This document shows, piece after piece, positions 49,231-62,819 of a DNA stretch of 64,000 bases; position 1 is the first letter of the stretch, and each line of letters opens with the position of its first letter. Where the stretch lies: assembly GCA_048013815.1 (NCBI GenBank), contig CM106585.1, positions 5,270,001 to 5,334,000 on the forward strand. Reading direction: 5' to 3'. The position numbers and the translations under genes were made by a program. Under the pieces are notes generated by a model. It saw nothing but the letters and a program-made list of their open reading frames with translations, was not told where the DNA came from and made no database searches. Source of the stretch: Setoptus koraiensis (Eukaryota; Animalia; Arthropoda).

Positions 49231-52200
49231 TCACATAATCTCACATTGATTTTTCAATTTTTCCTTTCTCAGTTGCGACCTAGATTTTTTCAGATCCAAT
49301 TTCAGAGACATTACACGCGTCTTGTCCATGGACAGGAGCTCCTGTGCGCCAAATTACCGTTGATTACAGCGTGGCGAATTGGTCGAAAATCGGCACATTG
49401 GTCGAGAATCGGCACGTTGGTCGAAAATGGGTAAATTGGTGCAAAATGGGCAAATTTGCCAATCGGAAATTCGTTGCGAGATGGATGGAAATTGTTTCAA
49501 TTAGTTCAGTTGATTAGTGCGAAGGTCTCATTGAGACACACGGAAAAATACTCACTTGAAAGGCTTGCTGTACGTTTAAATCTAATTTGGCCGACGTTTC
49601 CATGTGACCGCTGTCCTTCATAGACTCGTCCACTAATTTTGCGGCCAGCTCTTTTTTGACTTCTCGGTTCTCCTCGTCGCATTTGTTTCCGACAATCATA
49701 ATGGGAACATGAACGCCCTCTCCACCTGCGCCGGCACAAAAGAGATGATTGATTAATTACTGATTTTTAGATGTCATCGAGATCATCGAACCGCTCTCGT
49801 TTTCGTGACTCCGATGAACCCGCCGACACGGCAAAGTTCATTCTGGGCCCACAAGTCGGCCCGATTTTGGCCAAATCATTGATTCGAAATCAGAGCAAGA
49901 GACTCTCATTTTCATCTGCGCACGCTGCAAGCTGCCGCACTGGCTCAGACAATATCGAGCTCGACAAGCTCACCGGCCCGCTTCAAGTTGGGGCGCCAAG
50001 TTGCAAATTGAGCCCATTGTAGCTTGATATCTCAGCAGTGGCGCCCCGAATCGCCCAATTCTTTGCCAGTTCGCCCAATTCTTTGCCAGTTCGCCCAGTT
50101 GTTCGCCAGTTCGCCCAGTTCTTCGCCAGTTCGCGCCAAACAACTCGGCGCCAATCGGCAAAGTGTTTTTCGAGCGTTCGCTCATGCACAATACTGTGGC
50201 TGGTGAGTGTGATCCGGCCCGAGCAGCCCGGCTTTTGATTAATTTTCAATACGCCCTCTCTCACTGTGAGACTCTCATTTAACATTGCTAGTGGCAGTCG
50301 GCGAGTCAACACTGCTCGGGCCCCAAAGGCTCGCTACGGGCTGGCCCGAAAACACTTTGCCGGGCCAAACATTGAATTTTGTCCCGCAACGCAATCTAGT
50401 TAGATTGAACGCGCGTCGTATACTTGCACTTGCCACTGATAAGTTGCATCGAGAGCCATTGTCGCCGATAATCAGCCAATCGTCGGCGCCACACTGTCGT
50501 CGTCGAGGGTGCCTATATCGCCCATTTGGGTGCCAGCCAGCGAGCCAGCCAGCGAGCCAGCCAGCCAGCTGTGCGCGGATCCGGGGCTCACTCAATGTCA
50601 AATGGCCTCGTTGGACACCGAGACACAGAGATAAGCAATCGCGCCAGTCGGCCAGCGACAGTGTCGGTAGGTGTAGGGCCGCTGGTTGCGAGTTTAACTC
50701 ATCTCCGGCGGCGGCGGCGTCGTTGCTCGGCGCCACGGGGCCAAGTTGGTTGTTTTCGCAAGCCGGCTATTGTGGCGGCCGCGCGAACGGGCCAGAGTCG
50801 CGGCTTCGATCTAATAGCGAATCGAAAGAACAGGGGATAAATCTTGAGAATAAATCGCTAGAATCGCTCGCAAATTGCGAGCCGCAATGCAAATGAGCAA
50901 GTATGGTCGAGCAACTGGTAAGGGGCCCCGCCGATTGAGAGCGACAGTTGAGACAACAAAGCGCCGGTTGACTCAACTGAGCTGAGCGATGGCCACTGTT
51001 GCTGGGCCCCACTAGAGATGCAAATTAAAACAATGCAAACTGGCCCATACATGCTCACACTGGCTGCACGGGGCGATATCGCCGCTTATATTTGTTATAT
51101 ATCGGCCCAATGTCAATGGCAATATGAACAATGAGCCAGAGAGAGAGCGGGCCTCTGTTGAATATATACATGAGATCTATTGATCCAGATTAGATCTATC
51201 TCTAGATCAATAATAATATTAATATGTAATGCGGAGGATGTGCTGGCGCCGTTGTCGTCGTCGGCATTGTGCGACCGGGGCCTCATTGGGCCACTTGAAT
51301 TGTGCGCCGGCCGCCGGCCAGCCAAGTCAAACTGGCCGGCGGGCCGGCGTTATTGTTATTACGCCGGGCCGAGTTATTATTACATATTGGTATAATATAT
51401 TAGAGTGCCGGGCCTCGCCCCATCGCATGCGATGGGGCCAGCAAATATCGGCGCAGCAAGCGCTCATCATTACATAACAAATAGCCAATGACAAACAACA
51501 AACAACAGCGGCCAACTCGCAACAAACAACGGCCAACTAGCAACAAACAACGGCGGCCATGTTGCAACAAACGACGGATAAGTTGCAACAAACACGGCAC
51601 AAACCGGGCAGTATCCCGTTGGCTAGCGGCCGCTAGCTCGGCCCGTCGGCCTAATCTAAGGGGCCCGCATTTACGGCGGGCCAACCAATAATATTTCGCG
51701 CTCGTGTTGTTGTTGTTGCTCGGGCCGCTTGCGTCATCGGCGGTGCCGGCCAGCGGCTATTTTTAGCCGCTGGCCGGCACGTTGGTGGTGCGCTTGTTGG
51801 TGTGGTTGCCGGCCGGCCCGCCAGCCAGCCGAACGCTGCAACGAGACTCGCAGCAGCAGCAACAACAACAACAACAACAACAGCAACAACAATGGAACAG
51901 AGATAATCCCATAATCAACTAATGAGTTGATTTCATTTCACTTATTTACTGGCCTCGCGCGCGCGCTGCACCCGCCCTTGCCGCTGAGCATTCCAACGGG
52001 CTGTGCCCCCCTCGCCCCACAGCCCGAACGAATTGCGGCTATTGTGCCCGACAGCGCTTTTAATAGCCACATCGGTCGGGCTGACACGGGCACCGGACGC
52101 GGCCGTCCGGACTCGGGCCGACTCAAACTCGGCCGACTCGGCCCGGTTTCGGGCCGGCCGCGTCCTACGACAGGCCAACTAAATGCAACTTTCGGCTAAT

Positions 52201-55200
52201 ACGGCCCAGGGGTTAGTTAGATTTAGTTTTGGCGGGCCCGCCAAAATGGCCCAACGAGCGCCGGTGCGCGCTGCCCGTTCAAGCGATAAAGGTCAAGGGT
52301 GGTTAAGCATTTGTGTGTCATTTGTTTGTAAAAAAGACACGGCCGACGCACATAACGGCCCGCAACTCGCTTACACGGCCCGCGGGTTGCGGGCCGGCCG
52401 AGTGCTGGCCCGAGTTTTGCATCTTGCCGCGCCGGCCGGATCTTTCCGGTCGGTCAATTCGGTTCCATTCGTGCGGCCCGATTATATGTCAGGCCGCCTG
52501 ACTCGGGCGAGCGGGCCGGGCGAGCCGAATGGCGGCCAGAGGGGGCGGCCAGAGAGCGAGTCAAGTCGATTTTGGGCCGCCGAGATTGCACAAAATCACG
52601 CACTCGGCGCGCTCGCCAAGCAACCGCACACTAACGGGGCGACCTAGGTCCGTTCGCGACTCGCCGGCGACTCGCCATTGACGGCAGCGGCGACTCGACG
52701 GCAACGGCGACTCGCCAGCGGCTCTCCGGCGACGGCGACTAGGCGCGCTGGCGAGATGATCGCGAGCGGCTCGTTTGTTTACTATGTGCAAACAAACAAA
52801 CAAACAAATGGGCCCCACATGTATGTATGCGGACATGTATGTAGGGGCCGCATATTAACGGCGGCGGCGGCGGTGGCTCGCATTGCATACACACGATATA
52901 TTATTGTTATTGCCGTCTTGGCGGCGCTGGCGCCGTTGTTGATGATGATGATATTGGATATTGTTATGTAACCGAGCGTTAGTGGGCCACCATTGGCGAC
53001 ACACACGCCAACTAACGGCCACTAACTATCCGACAAACAAGCGGCCGGCGGGCCGCCGGCCAGCGCCAACAAATTTTATCTTATATCATATATTATCGCT
53101 GACTTGATGGCGGGCACGCAGCGCGCCGGAGACACTTGTAACGGCGACGGCCAGTTCACTTTGATAGGATATCGTAAATTATCATTGAGCATGATGCCGT
53201 TGCTGTTGTCGTTTTCGTTGTTGTTGTCGTTGTTGCGTCGTTGTTGCGTCGCTGTTGCGTCGCTGTTGCGTCGTTGTTGCGTCGTTGTTGTTGTCGTTGG
53301 TGCTGTCGCTGGCGCGGTTGTTGTTGCGTTGTTGTTGCTGCCGCCGCCGCTGAAAATAATGGCTCGCCATCTAGGCGCCCCAGCCACGACAACAGCGACA
53401 GATAAACATCTATCTGTCTCTTGTTTCTTGCTTCCTTGCGCCACTCCATTATTGTGGCGCCCTCTGTGCGGGGCCAGCCACTGAAATTCAGTGACTGAAT
53501 CGGGCCGGCCAGTGTCGCTGACTTGAGAGCGCCCGATCCATTTGCCCGTTCGATTGTTTGCCAAAATTGCCAGCGCCAGCCTGCCTGGTAAAGAGAACGA
53601 GCGCTGCACTGTCAGTATCGCTGACCGTATTACTGACAGTTATACCGAGTCACTGAGGGGCGACCCCATTAAGGGGCCCCATTTCGACGTGCCCGGCCCA
53701 TTCCGCCGGCGTGTCTTGTCGGCGGTCGGCGGCCCCGCAGCCACTGAAATTCAGTGACTGAATCGAGCGCCGCGCTGACGCAAACACAGTGTGGCGCGGC
53801 GCGGCGCGGCGCAAATCCACCGACCAAATCCACTGCCCAAATCCACAATATCTGCAAATATCCAGCCGCCAGTCTTATCTCACGAGACCCTTGTGACGAG
53901 GGTCAGTTTGTGTGCGGCCGCGACTGTTGTGACAATGTCATATCCATCGGAGGGCGACATTGACATTGACACACACACACACACGCGCACGCCGACAACG
54001 AGCCCGACGCCGGCCGGACGAGATGGCCGCCGCCGCCGCCGCGACAACTGCGACCACACATCGGCCCCGGCCGGGCCGGCCCGACTGACAGCCGCACCAG
54101 CGTCAACAACAACACCCTGGCGGGGGGCCCCGGCAAGACGCGGCGTGGCGCTGAAATTGCTTGTCTGTCTTGGTGCAAGGTGCAGCGTCATCAGCTCGTC
54201 TGTCGCCGGCCGTCGCTCGAGCCGGCCCGGCCGAGCCCACCTCTGGGGCCCACTAAAGCGCCGCACCAAAGCGCCGCACCAAAGCGCCGCACCAACAATC
54301 GTGAGGCCCGCCGAAAGCCCGGCCAGACTGGCGCCGGCCCCAGAAAAGTTATCGTTAGTTTGGACGGAGAAGTGGGCGACGCACTTGAGCGCAAAAGTAG
54401 CACTTACACCGCCTGCCACAACCTATATTTATCTGTCTAGTTTGGCCCCAATTTTACACCTATTTCACCCCGACCGAGGGCGCCCACTAAATCTTTTTTC
54501 TTTGGCTTTGTTGTGTGTGTGTGTGTCGGCTAGTTAGTGTAAAACTAAATGGCGGTTGAACGCGCCGCCGGCCAGCGTAATGGCCATTTGTGCACTCGGC
54601 GCCAGACAATAATTCAATTCATTTCAACCAGAATAAACCGCCCGATAAATGGTGCCCCCTTTCGGCGGCGGCGGCGGCGTCGGCGCCTCTCTACCGCAAT
54701 CAAACAATTTCTCCTCCGCTGCCAGCGCTGCCATTTCGGTTTGCCATCAATTGGGCGCCAGCTCGCCAGCGATTACCAAACTAATCTAGCCCGAACGGCG
54801 CGCAAAACTGGCCGCTGTTCGCGGCGGGCGAGCTAGCTGGCAAGTCGGCCGGCAGTTTGGTTGGGCGTGGTGCCCAGCGATTGAGCTAGCGCCAAACTGA
54901 AATTGTAAAAGTGATTAATTTTTTGCAAACACCGATCTCGCTCCGGTTACGCAACATCTCGCGCTTACGCGTGCGGCCAGCCGACAGCGCGGAGCGGAGA
55001 GCTCTCTATTAGGGGCCCCGATTTTTCGGCACGCTCTCTGGGCATCGCGGGCAACAGCCAACCAAACGTGCATTGGGCCGCGCGCTGTGAGAGCCGCCTT
55101 GCGCCGATAGGAGTGCGATAATAGTAATTTAATTCTTTCCATTCTTATTCGGGCGCCCGCCAGGGCCCCACAACCGGCCAAGAATTCCTTATCGGCTAAT

Positions 55201-58200
55201 CGCAGACGCCGAGCCACCATTAATCACCTGCCTCCAAGAATGCACACGCTCCCCACTGGCCCCCAACTTGCAACAGCTAACCAGACAGCGGGCCCACCGG
55301 CCAGCCAGTTAGCCGACTGAATGGGTCTGGCTGGCGCAAAATGGTTCCAGAGGTAGCCACGAGGGCTCGCCTAATGGGGCCCCTTTGTCTGCGTGTGTGT
55401 GTCGGTGTGTGTGGGGGGGGGGCGGCAGGCTGGCTGGCTGGCATTGATTCTGATTGATGTGAGCCAGGTTTGTTAGATATATTTGTCTTATTTGCTGGCC
55501 GCTGCAGCCACTCGCCGGCCAGCGCCGCTCATGACTCATAACGTCTAACTGGGCTAACTGGGCTAACTGGGCTAGCTTACCAGCGAGAAACACTCAGCCG
55601 AAATGGCGATTTATTTGGCGATTTGGCGAGGAGAACGACAAATAATAATCATCGTGCGCTTACCTTTTATCTCTTGAATTTGCTGATATATAGGCACCAA
55701 GACGTCCAAACTCTGCCTCGATGTGACACTGTTGTTGGTTGGGCGTCGTGCCGACGAGCCCGTTACGTATAACAAGTGGTTGTCGGGGCGCATTGATTGG
55801 CGAACGCCAGCGGTTGACACAATGGCAGCCCAAATGGGAGAGCGAGGGAGAAACCAGAGGGATTTATAAGTGAGTAGTGGCGGACATGTTACGGTTATTA
55901 GAGAGAGAGAGAGAGTGCTTTTAGGAGTCGTCGATATCATTAGAGGCGCATAGTTAGAGGCTTAGAGCGCGAGCAGCATCAAGAAAGGGGGCGCTTAGTT
56001 AGTTGCGTTCGCGGGGGCCCCAATATTATCAACAATAGAATCAGCCGACCGTTTCGGGCTGACAATGCACACACACACACACACACACACGCACCCCATT
56101 GGCCAGTCCGGCCAGATCGAACCGTAAATGGGGAGCCGAGCCAATCCGAGCCGCGCCAGCCGAGCCAATCCGAGCCGCGCCAATCCAAAACGAGCCGCGC
56201 CAATCCAAAACGAGCCGAGCCAATCCAAAACGAGCCGAGCCAGCCGAGTAGAGCAAACAAGCGCTCCCATTGGGCCCCATTGCTTGCCTTCGGCTCACCT
56301 GTTCGGCGCAACGATCTCCGATTCTATTTCGGTTCGTCGGCCGGCGCACAGGTGCTCCAGTTTCTCGGCGAGGCACAGGCACATTCTCTTGGCCTCGGCG
56401 GCTCGGTGTGCGGATAAATATCCATCCGATCCGCGCAACCTGTTATATACTTGATAGTATCAAGTTGATACTGTATAACGCTGTGCGCTACAGTGCCAGT
56501 TATAACGCGCCCCTCGCCCCGCGTAACGCTGAGCCAGTCACCGGGCGATATTCACAGCTGGAGGCCGCTTCGAGCGGATCTAGTTAATCTTCTTACAGGT
56601 GCCAATTAGATGAATTGTTTTTCGATGCATTCCGACAATTCAAGGATTAAATCGCTCAAATTGGTAGCTTCCAGCGAGCTGCTCGCGTCGTGTGCGCTCG
56701 CACCGGCCCCAGACAGCTCGCTGTAGCCCCTGACAATCGGCCCACCGCTTACACATGTATGAATGGGGTCCACTCATCACCTTGATCCGCGCTCGTTTAT
56801 ATCACTCTCGCACCGATACGATTTCATTCTGGCTAGCTAAGTAAGGCCAATGTCTGGAAATAGCGAGGCCGCGCACAGTCAGCTCAAGAGACAGCGAGCG
56901 AGCGAGAGAGATTGGCCGGTTCGAGCCAGCCAATGGCCTCTGCGCCTTATAATTTATCTCGATTATCTGTTATCTTTCCATGGGCACTTTAGCAAACTGC
57001 ACAGTGGCGAGTGACAGTAACTGCCAGTCTGTCCCTAGCCAGTCGCTCGCTCGCTCGCTGGGGCCGTCGAGGGCCCCCGATCAAGCCCAACCATCTCCTA
57101 TTAACTATTTGCCATTTGCCGCTCACTGGCGCGCCACTCACTGCCACACAACACACCGTTGCCATTTCCTTTTTTGGGCCCGTCTTTCCGTTCTTTCCAA
57201 CGCTCTAAATATATCCAGACGGCGGCTTCCGTGAGTGCAGCTCTTTAGCAAAACAAGCGAGCCAATCATCTCGAGATCGAGATAAGTCATCGCTGGCGAA
57301 AAACGACCACCGAGCCCACTCGCATGCCAGGCTAATGTTGAATGCCGGCTGAATGGCATTCACTGCAGCTAAACTAGCTGGCCACCGAAAATGACATGGG
57401 GCTGACTGTTGGCTCGCCAAGGAACCGCTATCGCAATCGCGCTATCTAGCGCTATACTCTTGTATATACACTCTTGTATATCGTCGATATAGTATCGAGT
57501 GTAGCGCAAAAACCAATGAAAAATGAGCGACCGCAACTACGTTATCGCACAATCTTGCGAAGTGGCGGCAACACACAGCGACACAAATTGTGTTGTAAGA
57601 TCGCCGATAAAATAAAATATCAACAAAAGAAAAAAATGGACCCCAAACTTGGACGAGAATGACCCAAAGATCGAATGGCCGATACAAGATCCAAATTGTT
57701 CTTTGCCAGAGAACAATCCAGAAGAAAATTGTGTCGGCGCCCAAAATTTCGCCAAAATCAATTGCCATCGAGGTCAACGGGTTGACATCATGCGCGATAT
57801 GCGTTTATCCACCCATCGATTTTGGCCAATGCAATGCAAACTTGAATTTTTTCGAATTCTGCGAATTTTTTTTTTCGAATTCTGTGAATTTTTCTGAATT
57901 CTGTGAATTTTTCTGAATTCTGTGAATTTTTATAAACCGCAAATTTCTATTGAAAATATTGAGTGCCTCTCGCGCTTGTCGCCCTAGAGACAATCTCTAA
58001 TATTTTAATATTCATCTAATCCGCATTCGTTCAATGCAAAATATTTCGGCGCTCGGTGCACTATGGATTTTTTGTTGCTTTCTGATCACATCGTAGTTTC
58101 ACTTCACATGAAAGTAGAAATCATTTTCTCATTTTGGCAACTTCGCCCATTGTCCGCCAGAAAAAAAGAAAACGGTACAAACAAGCGAATGGTATAAACC

Positions 58201-59563
58201 GAAAAATGGTCAAATCAATTCCATCGTGTAATGGTCTCGAGCAAACTGTTGGAACTGTAATAAAAGTCACGATGATGAAAACATGCTGCAACCAATTTCA
58301 CACCACCTAAATCCACTTTTGCCAGACTGACAGATCGATTTAAGCTTACAGAAAAATTGTTCTCGGCCCCAGGGATGCATGCCGTCGACAGTCATATGTC
58401 TGCGTTTCACGGCGAACAACGACACAGAAAAGACAAAGCAAATAAATATTTTCCGAACATAAATCGTTCGTGCTCACTCGCTGCCACGCAGTTTTTTCTT
58501 TTTCTGAGCCTCTGGCAGGTTCGAGACCATGAGTTTATCTTTTTTGAACTCAGGCCCATCTTTTTTTCAGAGCACGCGCATCGTCACATGTGACGCATCA
58601 GACATTAGACAATCTTCTCTTGACAATCAATATGTCAGAAAGAAATCGTTTTCCTAGCGCCGAACAACTGTCAAGCTGCCAAAATCAAGCTAGAAGGGGC
58701 TTCGAATCTAGGCAGCTCGTCGGAATGACAAAATTTGCTTGTTTCGATCGCAAATATCTCAAACCTGATCTGACTCACAACTAGAGTGGGCGGTAATTGG
58801 CTGGCAACCATTGGCTCTTATTAGCGAGTGGCTTGAACCATTTTTCAGTGGCTCTCATTTAAATCGAGCATTTTCGACGCTCTTTTTTGATAGAAATGAT
58901 TTTTGATATTCGTCAATGTTCATCAACTGCCGATTTACTGCCAATTTAAACCATTTGTATCGAAATGCGTGCTTCAAACAATCACAACCTTTGCTACTGG
59001 CATTATCTGGCTTTTTGAAGCATGTGGCGAATCACTTTGAAACACATAGAAATTATTCCTGCCAATTCGTTCGATATTCGTCACGAAATCCAGTGGTTTG
59101 AACCAAAAAAGAATTGAATGATAGTTCGAACCAACTTCAGCCGTGGTTCGAATCAACAATTCTGTTCAAACTTCGTTAAAATCCAAGAGATTCAAAAGAC
59201 TTGGATTCCCTTTCTATGTAGGACACACTCACGAAAAAGAAGAGTAGCGACATTTTTTTTTCTAATCTTTTTAAAGTTTTTCCAGGACTCTTAAAAGAAC
59301 AAGCAAATAAATGATAATGGGTTGCACCGAAACAAGTTGGAAATAGTTGCAATGCTGCTGGATTTGATCATTGTAATTGATTAAGACTCACCTATAGACC
59401 AACATAAAAGCGTGTCCTTTGCTAATGTTCAATTGTTGCATGGCAGGAAATTGATGTGAACCGGAACAATCAGTTATTTGAAGAGTGCAAACGTTTCTAT
59501 TGCACGATATCACTTGCTGGTAGGTATCCTCGATTGTGGGTACGTAAGAATCACTAAATGTGC
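49231..59563 (-). CDS. DIRAS: Di-Ras family small GTPase, exons 2-5; exon with G1/P-loop not found in the window
   Basis: Exons 59563-59392 ([57 protein letters not shown]), 55728-55664 ([22 protein letters not shown]), 49725-49556 (..[15 protein letters not shown]..) and 49341-49231 ([19 protein letters not shown], CaaX). All GT-AG with matching phases. Confidence 0.93.
56133..56248. repeat. Minisatellite, 20-bp unit CAATCCAAAACGAGCCG(C/A)GC x3 plus degenerate copies (Di-Ras intron)
   Basis: Units at 56181-56200, 56201-56220 and 56221-56240. Confidence 0.85.
57877..57931. repeat. Minisatellite, 19-bp unit GAATTCTGTGAATTTTTCT x~3
   Basis: Direct reading of the sequence. Confidence 0.8.
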
Positions 59564-61945
59564 CTATTGTGTTTAAACGATATTATGGGATGATATGGGT
59601 TGAACAAATAATTAAGTCAGTGATCAGTTCAATTTGGTTGATGCCAACTAATATCAATCAAATGATAAAATATTGGCTATAGTTGCTTCGCGGGAAGTAG
59701 CCTAGAGCGTTATCAAAGCGGCCGGCTGCAACTTGAATTCGTTTGTGTCGAAACAAAAGAATTACATTCTAAAGAGATGAGAGGGAGAGAGAACAAAGAT
59801 TGGGATTGCCCAGATTGATAAATTGATGAGCGTTGGTATTATAACGCGTCAGTTGCAAGCATCAATGCCAGAAACAAGTAGAGAGAATGGCATGAATAGG
59901 AGACCTCACAAATATGGGGCCAGATCAGCTGAATTTAATTCAATCTGATTACCATTATTATTGTATTATGAGAGTTTTATCAGAGCCTGAGATGCACACA
60001 CACACACACACATACACACAAAAACAGATTACAGACTATATATTATAATACCATTGCGCTAACGATATAATATAATTTGATCATCCGCGCATAAACTCCG
60101 ATCATATTGCTCAATGTGGGGCCCACACTTTTCGTCGTCCACTCGAGACTCGATTAATGACGACGACGACGGCTCACCATTTCACAAGTAGCGCCACTTT
60201 TGTTGCCAGGGGAGCCTCAATTTCCGAGAGCTATTCTAGGCGCGTCAATCAACCTCTACACCTAGAGATGGCCTCAAGAGCGCATATATTGCCAGCTCGG
60301 CCATTCTATTCTTGGCCATTCTGACGGATGACGGGCCTCATTATAGAGGCACGGCGATATCGATAGGATCGACTGGATATAGATTGAATATTGCTAAGGC
60401 GATAATTTAGGTGTGTTCTTTTTCGGGTTGCACTTAAGCCGTCGACTAAAAATTATCTGTCAACAAGGCTGTTTGTGTGATTATTTCCGCAGTGTTGTTA
60501 TTTTTAAAGCGTCAAGGAAAGTGTCAAGTTGTCGAGCGCTCAAGTGCAGTTTCAGCAATGTTTCAGGTGAGCTTGTGACGCCACTAATTGGAGTCTCCGT
60601 TTTCTGCCTTTTCTGGCTCTTCTTTCTGGTTTCGAACGCGCGAATAAGAACGCGAAAAAGAACGCGAGAGAGAGAGAGCGAGGATAGTGCGATATAAACA
60701 ACTCCGGCGTGTTGTTTATGTGCGGCGCCACTAGAGTGTGATCAGCACACAATGTGGGTGCATTGGAGTCAGTAGCCCGAGTCGCAGTTCAACAGCGACT
60801 AACTAGCTAATTTTGAAATTGATGAAAGCTCTAAAACTAACAGAATGATGGATTGGATGGCTTGTAGCTCGAGGGAGGATTGTGCGAAATTCGAATTACG
60901 GGTGCCCAGTTCGAGCGGGCGACTCTGTCGGCGAGTCGGCGTCTCGCCATTACTTGCGAGCTAGGCGCCCGAAAAACAGTGTTGAAAAACACAAATCTAG
61001 ACAATGGGTGCACTCGGGCAATCAGCGTCTTATCGAGTCGCGTCTGGGATGTTGTCTGGATTGAATGCATGAAAAAGCATCGAGACCCGCTGTAAACGGG
61101 TGGCCGCTATACGCACGCAAACCGGCTTAGCTGATCAATGCGCGATAACTGCAAACAACAAACGAAACAAAGCATTTACACCGAGTTGAAAATTGGTATC
61201 GTTGTGTCGAGTCAACCGCTCAGTCCGTCGGATATACCGTCGGCTATATTTATATTCACGTTAAAAACGGCGAGCGTTATCGTTTGCGCGTTTGGGGCCC
61301 AACGCGAGCCGCCAGCCAGGGCCGGGACACGAACAAATATATCTCTATTTATAGCTGACAATTGTAAGCCGGCCCGGCAGATAGCACGATATGCGTCTAT
61401 ACATCATTAGATCGGGCATTATGCGTGTATGCATAATTTTATCCGCGTCGTTATATATGTGTATGTGGCACGGACAAAAATGGTTGCGGCACACACAAAT
61501 GTTGCTGATGATACAAAGTTTGCAAAAAATAAAAAAGCAAAAATCTGTATTGTATCACTTAATGACCTTGCAACCGTTAGTGCGGGCTCTCGTGGGCTGC
61601 ACTTGTGACGCTGCACAATCGAGCTGGGCCGCCACCGACATTGTGAGTGCCTAATAGCTCGCGAAAGTCGCTATAGTCGCCGTGCGCTGCAGTCGGCGGT
61701 GCGAGTCGCCGAGCTCGCTAGACTCTAGCGGCTAGAGACCCGATTGCCGCTTGCCGCGGCCAGATGAGTTGCCGTGTTAAGTGTGACCGGAGCGCCAATG
61801 AAATGCACGGTAAATAATTTTCTTTGGTCGCTCGTCTGTGGCCATGGCGACTGGGCCGGCGAGCGGGGCCCCTCGCTGGCTCCGCTCGGGCACTTTCAAG
61901 CTTGCAAGCACCAGGGCGCTAATAGTGGGGCGCGAATAGCGGGCC

Positions 61946-61996
61946 ACAAATATGAGCGGGCTACAAATATGAGCGGGCTACAAATATGAGCGGGCT
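61946..61996. repeat. Minisatellite, 17-bp unit ACAAATATGAGCGGGCT x3
   Basis: Three exact tandem units. Confidence 0.9.
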
Positions 61997-62759
61997 TGCT
62001 GTTTTGAGATAGATAAATCAGCAAAAATATTCTTCCATCTAATTGAGCGCAACTCGATGGCTTTTGGCCGTCTGAATTGCGCCGGACATGTATCACCGCG
62101 ATCACGGGTATCGCGTCGCGGCGACAACACTAAAGAGATGATTGCGGGCCCGCTAATGTCGCCTAGCCGGCCCACCCGATTGATATCATCAATTTGATGG
62201 GTCACACAAGCATCGTCGAGCATGCATAAATGCGCCACTTTTACCAGCCAACAGGACAACTCTGGCGAGTCGCGACAACAGGATATGCGCACCACTCCAG
62301 CCAGCTACACACTAATCAACAGCCACTTCACATCACAGCTGGCACATCCACACCATGGATGCCAGCAAATAAATGGGGCCCCGAAACGGCCTGCCAAAAT
62401 GGCTGAAAATGCGCCGCAAAATGGCAAGACCGCGCTGGCTAGACGCTGCCGGTAGTGGGGCTCACGCTGTAATTATGTATGTATGTATGTATTGCTATTT
62501 ATATCCTTTGATAGTGATGGCACTTGTGTGAGTTAGAGTAGTGGTGCAGTGATTATGTAAGTTGTTGTCCGTTATTATTCTTGTTATTATGTAAAGCCGA
62601 TATAAAGTGTCACGCTCAAGAATTGCGTAATATTGTGCGCTGCCCACAATGCCGTTTATATGGTGTTATGGTGCGCTCAATTGTGCAATTGGCCGACAGC
62701 GCGCGCGATTATTTATAGACTACTCGAATAACCGTTACCATTCAAATAATACGTATACG

Positions 62760-62763
<4 letters not shown>

Positions 62764-62817
<54 letters not shown>
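62764..62817. repeat. (TG)n microsatellite
   Basis: Perfect TG run. Confidence 0.9.

Positions 62818-62819
<2 letters not shown>

Noticed and set aside
42600-57500. Abrupt GC shift suggesting a chimeric join or foreign DNA
   Set aside because: One Di-Ras gene splices in phase across GC-rich and AT-rich parts, and the same microsatellite style occurs at 8-10 kb and 37-38 kb. An intragenomic compartment is the simpler explanation; long reads would settle it.
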